Source: Octopus sinensis (lineage: Eukaryota). From it: a DNA stretch of 64,000 nt. Location: contig NC_042997.1 of the NCBI RefSeq assembly GCF_006345805.1, forward strand, positions 134,168,001-134,232,000, in the 5' to 3' direction. Shown piece after piece: positions 1 through 12,336 of the stretch. The notes beneath the pieces are model-generated. The model made no database searches and had not been told where the DNA came from. It saw only the letters and a list, made by a program, of their open reading frames with translations. Numbering within the stretch: position 1 is the stretch's first letter; each line of letters begins with the position of its first letter. The translations under genes and the position numbers were made by a program.

Positions 1-38
1 ACAGATGTATTAGAATAACGCTCAAGAATAGAAAAAGT

Positions 39-74
39 CTTTTACGTTTCGAGCCTACGCTCTTCTACAGAAAG
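39..74 (-). ncRNA. Minimal hammerhead-like motif with variant core
   Basis: Minus strand: CTTT CTGTAGA A GAGC-GTAG-GCTC GAAAC GTA AAAG; core differs from CUGANGA at one position. Confidence 0.4.
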
Positions 75-138
75 GTACACAGGAGAGAAAAAAATGTGTG
101 TAGTGGCTAAAGATGTATCATATATATATGTGTGTATA

Positions 139-175
<37 letters not shown>

Positions 176-180
<5 letters not shown>

Positions 181-995
181 TCAATATAGGGTGGCAAAAA
201 AAATTTTGTAGAATTTTTTTTTTTTTTTTTTTTTTTTTTGCCACCAGCGGCCTAGTGGGAAAAAATTAATAGTCATAGACCATTTTTAAGTTCAACATCA
301 ACAATCAAGAAACGGCCATAATAGGCCATTCACCCACTAGAAATAACAGCCAAAGCTTCAACCGCAAATAAAGTCAATTCCGTAAACAGGAGAAAATTAA
401 AAAACATTTACCCTGTAATTTCTTATACGATGCACCGTTTCATCTGCTGTTTAATGGTAAACTAACCTGATTAATTAAATCAAGCCAATCTTCCATAGGC
501 CCTCAGATTCTTCAGTAAGAAATAGCCACAAGTCGGAACAGATATTTTCACGAGGCATTTCCGACCCTGCCAAGGTAATATCTGACCTAAAATTTTCAAA
601 TCATCGCACTCGCGCCAAATTTATCGGCAGCAAATAAATATAAGCCGTCGATTCCATTACGGAATTAACCAGAAAATTCATAATTAATCAATATAGGGTG
701 GCAAAAAAAATTTTGTAGAATTTTTTTTTTTTTGCCACCAGCGGCCTAGTGGGAAAAAATTAAATAGCTATTTCTTACTGAAGAATCTGAGGGCCTATGG
801 AAGATTGGCTTGATTTAATTTAATCAGGTTAGTTTACCATTAAACAGCAGATGAAACGGTGCATCGTATAAGAAATTACAGGGTAAATGTTTTTTAAATT
901 TTCTCCTGTTTACGGAATTGACTTTTATTTGCGGTTGAAGCTTTGGCTGTTATTTCTAGTGGGTGAATGGCCTATTATGGCCGTTCCTTGATTGT

Positions 996-999
<4 letters not shown>
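176..999 (-). mobile_element. Small Penelope-pLTR/retrozyme-like element: ~507-bp unit present 1.2x plus inverted arm (297-526 versus 766-999)
   Basis: Direct repeat 176-272/683-764; reverse-complement arm; contains a hammerhead fold. Confidence 0.6.
771..875 (+). ncRNA. Type I hammerhead ribozyme fold (second copy on - at 419-522)
   Basis: Stem I TTTCTTA/TAAGAAA, core CTGAAGA, stem II ATCTG/CAGAT, GAAA, stem III ACG-GTGCAT-CGT, cleavage triplet GTA. Confidence 0.7.
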
Positions 1000-1043
<44 letters not shown>

Positions 1044-1915
1044 ACATCACCATATAGAAGAAATAAAAACTTAATATGTTGATTTTATCAGAGATGTTGA
1101 ATGCACTGTGATATGCGGCAAAATAGATAATTATTATTTTACGTTCATCTTCTAAAACCGCTAAGATGTATATTATAACATAATTGTAGGTTGTAGCATT
1201 GTGTTCCTGATATGAGAACGAATCATAGATTAATACAAGATATAAAGTATTTTTTATCGGCACAGTTAAGGTTGTGCGATGAAGAAGCTCGCTTTACAAC
1301 CATGTAGTCTGGGGTTCAATCCCACTACACAGCATCTTAAGTAAATGTCTCCTTCTGTATCCTCACAATAACATGTGAGTGAATTTGGTAGAAGGAAACT
1401 GTGTGCAATCGTAAGTTATATACATGTGTGTGCGTGTGTGTGTGTGCGCGTGCGTACCTTTGTGCCTGAGTTTTAACAAACCTGGCTTTAACAAATAAGC
1501 ACTAGTATCGATATGTTCCATCAAACTCATCACAGCGATGTCCGAGCAGGGCCGCAATCTAATCATTGGAACAAGTAAAAGATGAAGGATATTCTCCAGT
1601 AAATTTCAGCAATTCGTTGTACCATATCTTCTTGGTTCAAATGTTGTTTCCTTATACTAAAAAAAAAAAATATTTTCCTCGTATAACAGCTGTTTACTTA
1701 TGATTTCACACATTTAGTTGTATATTGTCACTCCTCTATTTAATACACTTATCCTTTGATTCTTATTGTCTGCCGACTGACACACTTTCAACAACTGCTA
1801 TTTGAAGTATTATCAAGTGAGACCATCTTGTGTATTTTGAAAACCTAATCGGCGTGTTTGTTACTTTTATTATTTGTCTTCGTTACCATTCAAAAATGCA
1901 CCCACAAATGCATAC

Positions 1916-1975
<60 letters not shown>

Positions 1976-2504
1976 GCCAACCATTGTTTCTTTCAGTATT
2001 AGGAGGGACGCTGATCACCCTCTTTCCCACTCTCTGTCTATGTATTAGCTTTATGATGCATATTATAGGTGCTCTGAGATGTAATGTCAGTGATGTTTTA
2101 GGGTCTTTCGTCATCGCATCCCCTCTCTCACTTGATCTAATCGCGGTTGATTAAGTCCTAACCGGCATCTCAATAACATTCAAACACTGGTCTGCTCTCT
2201 GGAGCCAAACCCACCTAATGGACTTCATCGCTTCTTCTTTCTATCCTGCCTTCCACCCTCTCTTTTCTTCACTAACTCTCTCCTTCTCCTTCTCTCTATA
2301 TATATCTATCGATTTCTAGTGTTGCGTCTAGGGAGAATTTTTATGCAACACACGTGTTCACATAATGAATCTTGCAAACCAGATACAAAAAGCTAAATAT
2401 CTTTATCTTTCTCTCTCTCTCTCCCTCTGTCAGTCTTTCAGTCATTCTCTCTGTCAGTCTGTCTGTCAGTCATACACACATACATACATACATACATACA
2501 TACA

Positions 2505-2535
<31 letters not shown>

Positions 2536-2702
2536 TTATATATAATTTGTATTTCGGATGGTCATATTTTTTATCAAATTAACAAACACACCATATGTGA
2601 GACGAAAGATTTCGGGACAACGGATATGAGTTAGAATAAGTACAGTAATAAACGAATGAAGAACGAATATAGAGTTCGTGTGCGTGGTCGTGTGGTATAA
2701 GC

Positions 2703-2845
2703 GCAGGCGTGGCTGTGTGGTAGGAAAGCTTGCTCCACAACCACATGGTTTCGGGTCAGTTCCACTGCGTAGTACATTGAGAAAGTGCCGACCAAAGTCT
2801 TATGAGTGGATTTGGTAGATGGAAATTGAATGAAGCCAGTCGTAT
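2703..2845 (+). mobile_element. SINE family D (other copies at 30851-31025 +, 61660-61808 -, and older ones at ~1265-1410, 38675-38820, 63575-63715)
   Basis: Shared ...caaccacatggtt(c)cgggttcagtcccactgcg...gagtggatttggtaga(c)ggaaactgaa. Confidence 0.65.
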
Positions 2846-2850
2846 ATATA

Positions 2851-2908
<58 letters not shown>

Positions 2909-3177
2909 GTATGTATGTATCTCTCTCTCTCACTACACCCCCCCCACACACACATATAAATTCATTATTGAATTGATAAAAGGTGTTTTTTTTGTAATTT
3001 ATATATATATATATATTATATTTTGTGAAATTTGATTTAGTATTTCTAAATTGAATTTTTCCCTGTAAGTTTGGAATAATATCCCCTCATATTATTATAT
3101 ACATATATATATATATATATATAAATATTAAAATTAAAGTAGAAGGTTTAATGAAAATATTTCTTATTTTATTTCAG

Positions 3178-3710
3178 GATCTCCCTCAAGTTGTAATCTT
3201 TCTCTTCTTGAACTTCATCTTGATTGTATCTTCGGCATCAATTCCAACCCAGTGTAAAGTACCAACAGACTTAAAAGTCCGCTACGACAGCTTGTCCAAA
3301 GCAGACGTTGACAATCGATTTTTTCTGCCAGCTGAAATGGCCCCAGCCGAAAGTAACCGGACAACACTGACCGATGGTGATAAAAAGTGCCCAGCATCGC
3401 CTGCATCTATTGGTAAAATCCGCGAACGTTCCACTTGTCCTTGGTACCTGAACATTATTAATGATTCAACAGTTTTCCCTCCATCACGCAGTGAAGCGGT
3501 ATGTCGCTGTAGAAACTGTTTAGAATCTAACAGCACCAAGCAGCATGTTCGACTGTATACACTAAAATGACTGTCCTGAAACGTACAGGTGAATGTGTTG
3601 ATGGACTGTATGTTTATGAGCCACATGTGATTGATGTAGCCACAGCCTGTGTGTGTGCACGGAAGGTCGATGGCATTGTAGGTAAAAATGGTGAAGACTA
3701 TGAGTCCTAA
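3178..3710 (+). pseudogene. IL17: IL-17-like coding exon, copy 1, frameshifted (1-nt deletion at ~3545; premature TGA 3568-3570; homologous true stop TAA 3708-3710)
   Basis: Same sequence as copy 2 except CAGCATGTTCG versus CAGCAATGTTCG. The frameshift gives ...NSTKQHVRLYTLK* and removes the C-terminal VLKR...ACVC cysteines. Acceptor tttcag at 3172-3177. Could be an assembly indel. Confidence 0.75.
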
Positions 3711-3782
3711 AAATCGACCAACTGCTAAATTGTTCAATGCGTGTTACGCAAAAGTTATTCATAGTATCATGGAACAACAAGT

Positions 3783-3799
3783 TGACCACTGTGTGGTTA
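3783..3799 (+). promoter_or_regulatory. 3'UTR stem-loop TGACCAC-TGT-GTGGTTA (Py-Pu-Py triloop), copy 1
   Basis: 7-bp stem (one G-U) with UGU loop. Confidence 0.55.
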
Positions 3800-4681
3800 T
3801 TATTACATTTATTATTACATTTATTATTATAATTCTTCTTCTTCTTCTTCTTCTTCTTCTTCTTCTTCTTCTTCTTCTTCTTCTTCTTGTTATTATATGA
3901 ACCGATATGGAACTGACCGAAATTACGCATGCATTCGCGAATTGGAGGGTAACGTTCATGCGGCCAAATGAATGGAACGTATATATGTGTGTACGTCTTC
4001 ATATATGCACATTCTGTCCTTTCTATATATTTTATTTCATTATATTCCAGTATATATACATATACATATATATTAATAATAATAATATGGCAATAAAAAG
4101 AATGAATGAGACCTCAATATTACATAAATAGAGGAATTTACCTATAAATATATTATGTGACAATTAGTTGGTTGTCATAATAAAACTCAGAATTTCGGAT
4201 GCTGTGGCTGAAATCTGCTCATCAGTTATTAAGTCAAATAAGAACGCGGTAAAAAAAAAAAAACGTTGAATAAAGTGAAATTACTCCAATAGGCGTGAGG
4301 AAAGTAAAACTGCGTTCCTAGAATCTGCATATGTATACATGTACACATATACATTCACGTACGCACACACACACATGTTTATATATATATATATATAGAT
4401 ATATATATATATATGTGCGTGTATGTGTGTATTGTATGTATGTATGTATAGACATATATATCTGTGTTTGTATGTATATGCACACGCGTGTATATGTATG
4501 TATATATATATATATATATTATATTTTGTGAAATTTGATTTAGTATTTCTAAATTGAATTTTTCCCTGTAAGTTTGGAATAATATCCCCTCATATTATTA
4601 TATACATATATATATATATATATATATAAATATTAAAATTAAAGTAGAAGGTTAATGAAAATATTTCTTATTTTATTTCAG

Positions 4682-5215
4682 GATCTCCCTCAAGTTGTAA
4701 TCTTTCTCTTCTTGAACTTCATCTTGATTGTATCTTCGGCATCAATTCCAACCCAGTGTAAAGTACCAACAGACTTAAAAGTCCGCTACGACAGCTTGTC
4801 CAAAGCAGACGTTGACAATCGATTTTTTCTGCCAGCTGAAATGGCCCCAGCCGAAAGTAACCGGACAACACTGACCGATGGTGATAAAAAGTGCCCAGCA
4901 TCGCCTGCATCTATTGGTAAAATCCGCGAACGTTCCACTTGTCCTTGGTACCTGAACATTATTAATGATTCAACAGTTTTCCCTCCATCACGCAGTGAAG
5001 CGGTATGTCGCTGTAGAAACTGTTTAGAATCTAACAGCACCAAGCAGCAATGTTCGACTGTATACACTAAAATGACTGTCCTGAAACGTACAGGTGAATG
5101 TGTTGATGGACTGTATGTTTATGAGCCACATGTGATTGATGTAGCCACAGCCTGTGTGTGTGCACGGAAGGTCGATGGCATTGTAGGTAAAAATGGTGAA
5201 GACTATGAGTCCTAA
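4682..5215 (+). CDS. IL17: IL-17-like cytokine, copy 2, coding exon 2 (first exon with ATG presumably upstream of the window; ~178 aa)
   Basis: Hydrophobic signal peptide (DLPQVVIFLFLNFILIVSSA) and IL-17 cystine-knot pattern RSTCPW...D...P...EAVCRC..C...C..V...VLKR..C...Y...ACVC. Polypyrimidine acceptor ttttatttcag ends at 4681. Confidence 0.92.
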   Translation, partial: DLPQVVIFLFLNFILIVSSASIPTQCKVPTDLKVRYDSLSKADVDNRFFLPAEMAPAESNRTTLTDGDKKCPASPASIGKIRERSTCPWYLNIINDSTVFPPSRSEAVCRCRNCLESNSTKQQCSTVYTKMTVLKRTGECVDGLYVYEPHVIDVATACVCARKVDGIVGKNGEDYES

Positions 5216-5287
5216 AAATCGACCAACTGCTAAATTGTTCAATGCGTGTTACGCAAAAGTTATTCATAGTATCATGGAACAACAAGT

Positions 5288-5304
5288 TGACCACTGTGTG
5301 GTTA
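5288..5304 (+). promoter_or_regulatory. 3'UTR stem-loop TGACCAC-TGT-GTGGTTA, copy 2
   Basis: Same stem, UGU loop. Confidence 0.6.
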
Positions 5305-5919
5305 TTATTACATTTATTATTACATTTATTATTATAATTCTTCTTCTTCTTCTTCTTCTTCTTCTTCTTCTTCTTCTTCTTCTTCTTCTTGTTATTATAT
5401 GAACCGATATGGAACTGACCGAAATTACGCATGCATTCGCGAATTGGAGGGTAACGTTCATGCGGCCAAATGAATGGAACGTATATATGTGTGTACGTCT
5501 TCATATATGCACATTCTGTCCTTTCTATATATTTTATTTCATTATATTCCAGTATATATACATATACATATATATATTAATAATAATAATATGGCAATAA
5601 AAAGAATGAATGAGACCTCAATATTACATAAATAGAGGAATTTACCTATAAATATATTATGTGACAATTAGTTGGTTGTCATAATAAAACTCAGAATTTC
5701 GGATGCTGTGGCTGAAATCTGCTCATCAGTTATTAAGTCAAATAAGAACGCGGTAAAAAAAAAAAAACGTTGAATAAAGTGAAATTACTCCAATAGGCGT
5801 GAGGAAAGTAAAACTGCGTTCCTAGAATCTGCATATGTATACATGTACACATATACATTCACGTACGCACACACACACATGTTTATATATATATATATAT
5901 ATAGATATATATATATATA

Positions 5920-6014
5920 TGTGCGTGTATGTGTGTATTGTATGTATGTATGTATAGACATATATATCTGTGTTTGTATGTATATGCACACGCGTGTATA
6001 TGTATGTATATATA

Positions 6015-6057
<43 letters not shown>

Positions 6058-6140
6058 CATATACACGCGTGTGCATATACATACAAACACAGATATATAT
6101 GTCTATACATACATACATACAATACACACATACACGCACA
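5920..6140. repeat. Inverted repeat, ~90-bp arms around (TA)n
   Basis: 5920-6010 is the reverse complement of 6050-6140. Confidence 0.85.
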
Positions 6141-6223
6141 TACGTATATATTCCCATGCACGCACATACACATTAAATATATACTACGCGCGTATATAGT
6201 CCGCTTAGCTCGAAGTAAGGTGA

Positions 6224-6254
<31 letters not shown>

Positions 6255-8079
6255 CAAACGTACATATATATATATATATAGATAGATATATAGATTTGTA
6301 CGTAGGGCTAGCAATCTGGTGATACGTGTACCCCTTAACGTAGTTCTCGGGGAGATTCAACTTGACACAGTGTGTGACAAGGCTGGCCCATGTACATGCA
6401 CACTGAAAAAACACTCGTATATACTGAATAAATTTAAATTAAAGACATATTTACACGCATGTATTGTTCCCTATAGAATATTTTATATTCCATATACATT
6501 TTCAATATGCAATATATAATTAATTTCATAGTTTGTACATAATTTCATATTTTTATAATAATATCTTTGTAAATAAGAATTTTGTATATTTTCATAAAAA
6601 AATTACTTCTCAACAATATTATGCTTAAAATAATCTTGCTCTATATATTTAATAAATATGGGGAGCAAGGACTTGCCAATTTATACCGTGTATAAATTAT
6701 AATTGTAATATATTATTGCATTCAACGAATAAAATATAATGTAAGCATATCTGTTTCTCCTTTTTTATTTTGCTATGTATTATATGATTTCCTGAGAAAA
6801 TATGATTTTTGCATAAAGTATTGGACAGCTAGAGGTCACGAGGTCACATTGAAATCCTGGTGTTTTTTATTCTGCGGCTCTTGTTATACCACTTTTGTAT
6901 TTTTAGCTTACTTGGTTATTAGTTAGAGGTAAAAGAATTTTGTGAACAGTGCCTGTACTATGCTAACATTATGTCGAGATGAACTCGACATAATGAGCAG
7001 CGAGAGACATATCACTTGCTGTGTTTGTTTCTCTCTGAACATCAGTTCTTTAAAATTATTTAATGGAAGGGTATGCGTAATACCTGTTTAGCGATACAAC
7101 AAAAAGTACGATGAACTCTTTGGTGCCGCTTGATCATCCCCAGACGAAAATAACTATTTTGCACTTTTGAAATTGTGTAAAGAAATATTTCGAAAAACTT
7201 GTTCAGGAAAACTTTAAAATGCAAATCTAGAATCATCGCGAAAAATGTAATGTAATCACTCTTTATCTGTTCTGAAACAATGATGGCGAAATTGCATATC
7301 TTGATTTTTACATTTGCATCTAAATTGCAGCGTCTGATTTTCATTGAGATTTCTTGTTAAATTTGTGTACTTCCTCATTAAGCTTGAATGCAGGTTATTG
7401 TAAATGTATCTGACGTTGTTCATATATCATAAAATATAGAAAAGCCTTTTCTTTGTAGATGAAATTTTTCAAATATTTGTATACTCTGCCTTACTACGCC
7501 AGCCGAAAATTGTTATATCCCTCTTCAAAGAACGACCAGGCAGCTACTGAAAAATTCATCGTTTCCTCTTTTTACACTCTTTATCTTTTAGCATAAATCA
7601 GGTGTTTGAAGCCCATTACTAAACATTTTTCATTAATAATTTATAAATAGTGAGTTCAGATATGAATAAGAGAGAAAAATGTTTAGGAGGTAATTTTTCC
7701 ATCGTTTCTCATAGCGAGTGTATTATTAGACACAGCACTTCAGTAACAAGCTCGCTCACGGGCTTTCAACTTTCTAAAGGTGAAGTAAATAAAAAAAATA
7801 TCCACCGCCATTGCCGTTGCACTGCCAAACATATACTGTTACGCTTGCAAAATATATTCACAACCCCAGGCAATAAATATAGTAGCAAAGGATTCAGGAG
7901 CTGGTGAAGAAACAATACAAAGATTAACGTTAACAGCAGTACCAGTAATAATAGCAACACTAATATGATGAACAAAATCTTATATGCTATACTCAGTTGG
8001 TTCTGGAATTCCCATATTGTCGCATCTGATACCTGAAACAGAGCTTGAACTTTACATGATAGAAGCAAATGTAGATATT

Positions 8080-9305
8080 TTGATTTTGCAAATGCTTTTG
8101 ACAAAGTGGATCATGGTATGATATGCCACAAACTGCCTGATCTCGACATAGCTGGAAAATTTGGAGAGTGGTTACATGACTTTCTGAAAGATAGAAGTCA
8201 GGCAGTAGTGGCCAATGGATCCACTTCTATGAACACACAAATGGTGAGCGGTGTTTCACAGAGCACTGTCTTGGGACCACTGCTTTTCATAGTGGTCCTC
8301 TCAGATATACCCCCAACTGCCCAGATAGCCACCCTTGCTAGCTACGCAGACGATGCTGAAGTCTCGCAGAAAATACAGAACCCCAGCGATGTTGCACATC
8401 TGCAGCAGGAGTTGGACTCAATTTACAGATGAGCTGGGGATAATAATATGCAGGTTAATGCTGAAAAATTCCAAGCCCTGCGCCACCAGCGTTCAAAACT
8501 GAATATGAAACTTACAGGGTACACTGGTTGACAGAGAATTACAATCCAAGAGCCTAAATTAGTGAGGGAATCGGTATCGACATGAGTGATGATACCTCTT
8601 TCCATCAAGATGGCGACAAAGTGCAGACGACTGGATGGATGGATGGATCCTGAGAACATTCAGAACCAGAGATAAGGAAACCATGATGGTCCTCTGGAGG
8701 ACATTCATCCTCAGCCTCCTGGATTATTGCTCCCATCTATGGTCACCCAACAGTGTAAAATTAACAGCGGACCTTGAAGCAATTCAGCGAAGCTTCACCA
8801 AGAAGCTCGTCTCTTTGCAACAGCTTAGCTACTGGGAAAGGTTGAAACAGCTAAGACTCTACTCCCTGGAGCGAAGGCGGGAGAGGTATGCAGTAATATA
8901 CATCTGGAAGATCATGGAAGGAACTGTGCCAAATTTTGGCATTGAAAGATACACCAATGCCAGAACGGGTCGACATTGCACAGTGCCAAAGGTCCCAGCA
9001 ATGCTATCGCGCTTCAGGACCAGTTACTGCAACAGCATGGGTTTCAGGAGACCACCGCTTTTTAATATTCTCCCAAAGAGCCTGAGGAACCTGCGTAAAG
9101 TAGGTGTTTTTAAATTAAGGCTGGACCTCTTCCTGTCGTGAGTCCCAGACTAACCTACCTCACGGCAAGAGGTGCAAATGAGGGCAGCTACATCAAATTT
9201 CATTCTACCCCAAGTGCCACATATTAGAGTAGGATCTCATGAATAACAGTGTAGCAAAACGGTGGTGCTCCATCATGGCCAGAGCTCTGATCTGAAACTG
9301 CAAAA
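8080..9305 (+). mobile_element. CR1/L2-group LINE 3' fragment, frameshifted
   Basis: RT motifs DFANAFDKVDH, SGVSQSTVLGPLLF, YADD; C-terminal LDYCSHLWSP...LYSLERRRER. Confidence 0.85.
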
Positions 9306-9373
9306 AAATTATATATGTATTATCTATATTTATATCTATATCTATATCTGTATCTCTCTCTCTCTCTCTCTCT

Positions 9374-9416
<43 letters not shown>

Positions 9417-9896
9417 GATATATATATTTATATATATATAATTATACATATCTATATATTTATATATATATAATTATACATATCTATATATTTATATATA
9501 TATAATTATACATATCTATATATTTATATTCATATATTTGATATATATTATATATATATTTATATATGTAATTATATATGTATAGTTATATGTGTGTGTA
9601 TGTATATATGTGTGTATATACATATGCATATATATAGAGAGAGATATACATCCGTAATGCAAAACAAACATCTCAAGTCATATACGTCATTATGATTGGA
9701 AAAATTCAAAATCTTATGGTTGTTTCTGGGATATCCCAGAGTATGGGATATTCCGTCATCTGAGACAAATAGGAAAAATGAGAAGGATATAGATTAATGA
9801 AATGACGACATAGACTGACAGGAGTATAGGAATAAGGAACTGAAGAAAATGAATATATATACAGATATATATATATATATACAAATATATATATAC

Positions 9897-9933
<37 letters not shown>

Positions 9934-10374
9934 AATTTTACCGAAATATATATACGATTTTACCGAAATAAGCATAGTGTTTGATGATTTTAACCCACGC
10001 TGGTGGAAAGGGGAGAACAGAGACTCTTCGCTTGCTTATTTGAATTTGTTGGCACTGTTAGTTGGAAGCAGATCTTCGAAAGGGTATGTTCTTATTTTCA
10101 GTGTTTCCAAATCCAAACCAAGGAATTTCTGAGCCGATGATAGAAATGTTGTTTTGACTAATCTTGAAACGTACGTTCTCGAATAACCTTAGCATTTGAT
10201 TTTTCGATGTCCTTACCCCCAAACTTTTGTGAGTTGAATTAAGCAAACACTATATATGAGAGAGATTTTCTTTAAGTATTAGAAATAGCTTTAAAAAAGT
10301 TTTTTGGCTGCTATTTCTAATGAGTTCAGTATGCGGCAAAGTAATTTATTTTACTAAGCCTTTTATATAATATA

Positions 10375-10378
10375 TATA

Positions 10379-10468
<90 letters not shown>

Positions 10469-10514
10469 TATATATATATATATTATATATATATATATAT
10501 ATACAGATATAAAT

Positions 10515-10549
<35 letters not shown>

Positions 10550-10555
10550 TTACAG

Positions 10556-10587
<32 letters not shown>

Positions 10588-10639
10588 ATCTGATATAATA
10601 TACTATATATCACATATATATATATATACATATATATTT

Positions 10640-10691
<52 letters not shown>

Positions 10692-10696
10692 TATAT

Positions 10697-10740
<44 letters not shown>

Positions 10741-10745
10741 GTGTG
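10375..10745. repeat. (TA)n/(CA)n microsatellite tract, representative of dozens (e.g. 11815-12060, 19460-19735, 37530-37925, 48380-48612, 51275-51590)
   Basis: Directly visible; source of the [12 protein letters not shown] ORFs. Confidence 0.95.
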
Positions 10746-10758
10746 TGTAAATATAAGT

Positions 10759-11813
10759 GTGCTGGGCCCACTTCTTTTCATCATTTGCATTAATGACATT
10801 AAGGACATCATCAAGCACAGCAACATAAAAATTTTTGCAGATGATTCCAAGCTACAGAAGGTCATAAATGAGGCGAGTGACCGGACATGCCTTCAGTCAG
10901 ATCTACTGGCTGTTATCCAATGGGCAGAAAAAAACAATATGCTGCTGAACGAGGATAAATTTGAGTTAATCCACTTTGGAAAAGAGGATGCCCTGAAACT
11001 CCCATACTCCCTTCCTTCAGGTGAAACTCTCGCGGCGTCCAACAACATCAGAGACTTGGGAGTAATTGTGGACAACAACATAAGCTGGGCCACTCATATA
11101 AACACCAAAGTTGACATGGCCCGCAGAATGTGTTCCTGGATTCTCAGAACTTTCCAGTCAAGAGATATCCACACCATTATCCTTCTCTTCTCCACTTTTG
11201 CCCGACCCCACCTTGAATACTGTTGTCCACTGTGGTCTCCCCACACAATACAAGGTATCATAAAAGTTGAAGCACCTCAAAGGGCAATCACAAAAAAGAT
11301 AGATGGCATGACAGGCCTCGACTATTGGGGTCGACTAGAAAAGCTAAAACTTTATTCTCTCCAACGTCGTCGTGAGCGCTACATCATCTGCATGATGTGG
11401 AAAATATTCCATCAGCATTGCCCAAATGATGTTGGCATCACCTTTAAGGTACATCCAAGGCTTGGGCCCCGTGCCATCCGCCCAAAACAAAAATCGCACT
11501 CTCATCTCATAACAACAATACGGCACAATTATTTCACCTCAATTGGCCCCGCTCTGTTTAACATTACACCAAAACACATTAAAACAGAAACTGACCCTAT
11601 AGGGTTCAAGAAGTCTTTGGACAGATTCCTTCAAGAAATCCCGGATAAACCCCCTACACCCGGATATGTCTCTGTAAACAATAACTCTCTACTTGAGTGG
11701 GCCATAGTGCCCAAATTCTGACTTGAAAGACTTCACCAGGTGGTGCTATTAAGTTGGACATGGCCTGGGCCAATAATGGCCGAAACCTATCAAAGTATCA
11801 AAGTATCAAAGTA
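10759..11813 (+). mobile_element. 5'-truncated CR1/L2-group LINE with open RT C-terminus and (TATCAAAG)n tail
   Basis: VLGPLLFIICIND...FADDSKL...LEYCCPLWSP...LYSLQRRRER open to 11721; tandem tail 11788-11813. Confidence 0.88.
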
Positions 11814-11834
11814 TATATGTATTATATATATATG

Positions 11835-11884
<50 letters not shown>

Positions 11885-11885
11885 G

Positions 11886-11955
<70 letters not shown>

Positions 11956-11958
11956 CTG

Positions 11959-11991
<33 letters not shown>

Positions 11992-11992
11992 T

Positions 11993-12037
<45 letters not shown>

Positions 12038-12060
12038 GAGATAGATAGATAGATAGATAT

Positions 12061-12277
12061 AAGTCTGTCGAATTGTTGGCTTACAAGAGAGCAAAAGAAT
12101 ATAAAAACAAATAGGCAGCATTATGTAATATCAAACACCGTTTAAGTGGAGTTTAATTTATTTTCAAAATATTAAGTTAGCCTTATTGGAAGACTTTATT
12201 CCTTACCGATCAACAATATTTATGAACTGGATAGATTCCAGCGGAATAAGTCACTACCTAAATGTGGATATGTGTAC

Positions 12278-12336
<59 letters not shown>

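Larger units (their letters stand above)
3000..6010 (+). repeat. Near-perfect 1504-bp tandem duplication covering the intron 3' end, exon 2 and the 3' flank
   Basis: Acceptors at 3177 and 4681 are 1504 nt apart; visible differences are indels in homopolymers and microsatellites; junctions lie in (TA)n. Confidence 0.9.

Noticed and set aside
3282-3737. Recurrent antisense ORFs over the IL-17 exons (also 4786-5067, 21107-21388, 49825-50076)
   Set aside because: Shadow frames of a duplicated coding exon; lengths and starts vary; no independent motif.
4655-4681. MKIFLILFQ as the real N-terminus (single-exon gene model)
   Set aside because: The segment is a polypyrimidine tract ending in CAG, and a conserved ATG|GTAAGT first exon exists upstream in the paralogs.
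5785-6314. Many [12 protein letters not shown], poly-K/L/R ORFs here and throughout
   Set aside because: They are translations of (TA)n, (CA)n, (TATC)n and (CTT)n microsatellites.
8004-8013. kB-like TGGAATTCCC in the 3' flank
   Set aside because: Paralogous positions (~23999, ~58949) read TGGAATTCAC, so it is not conserved.
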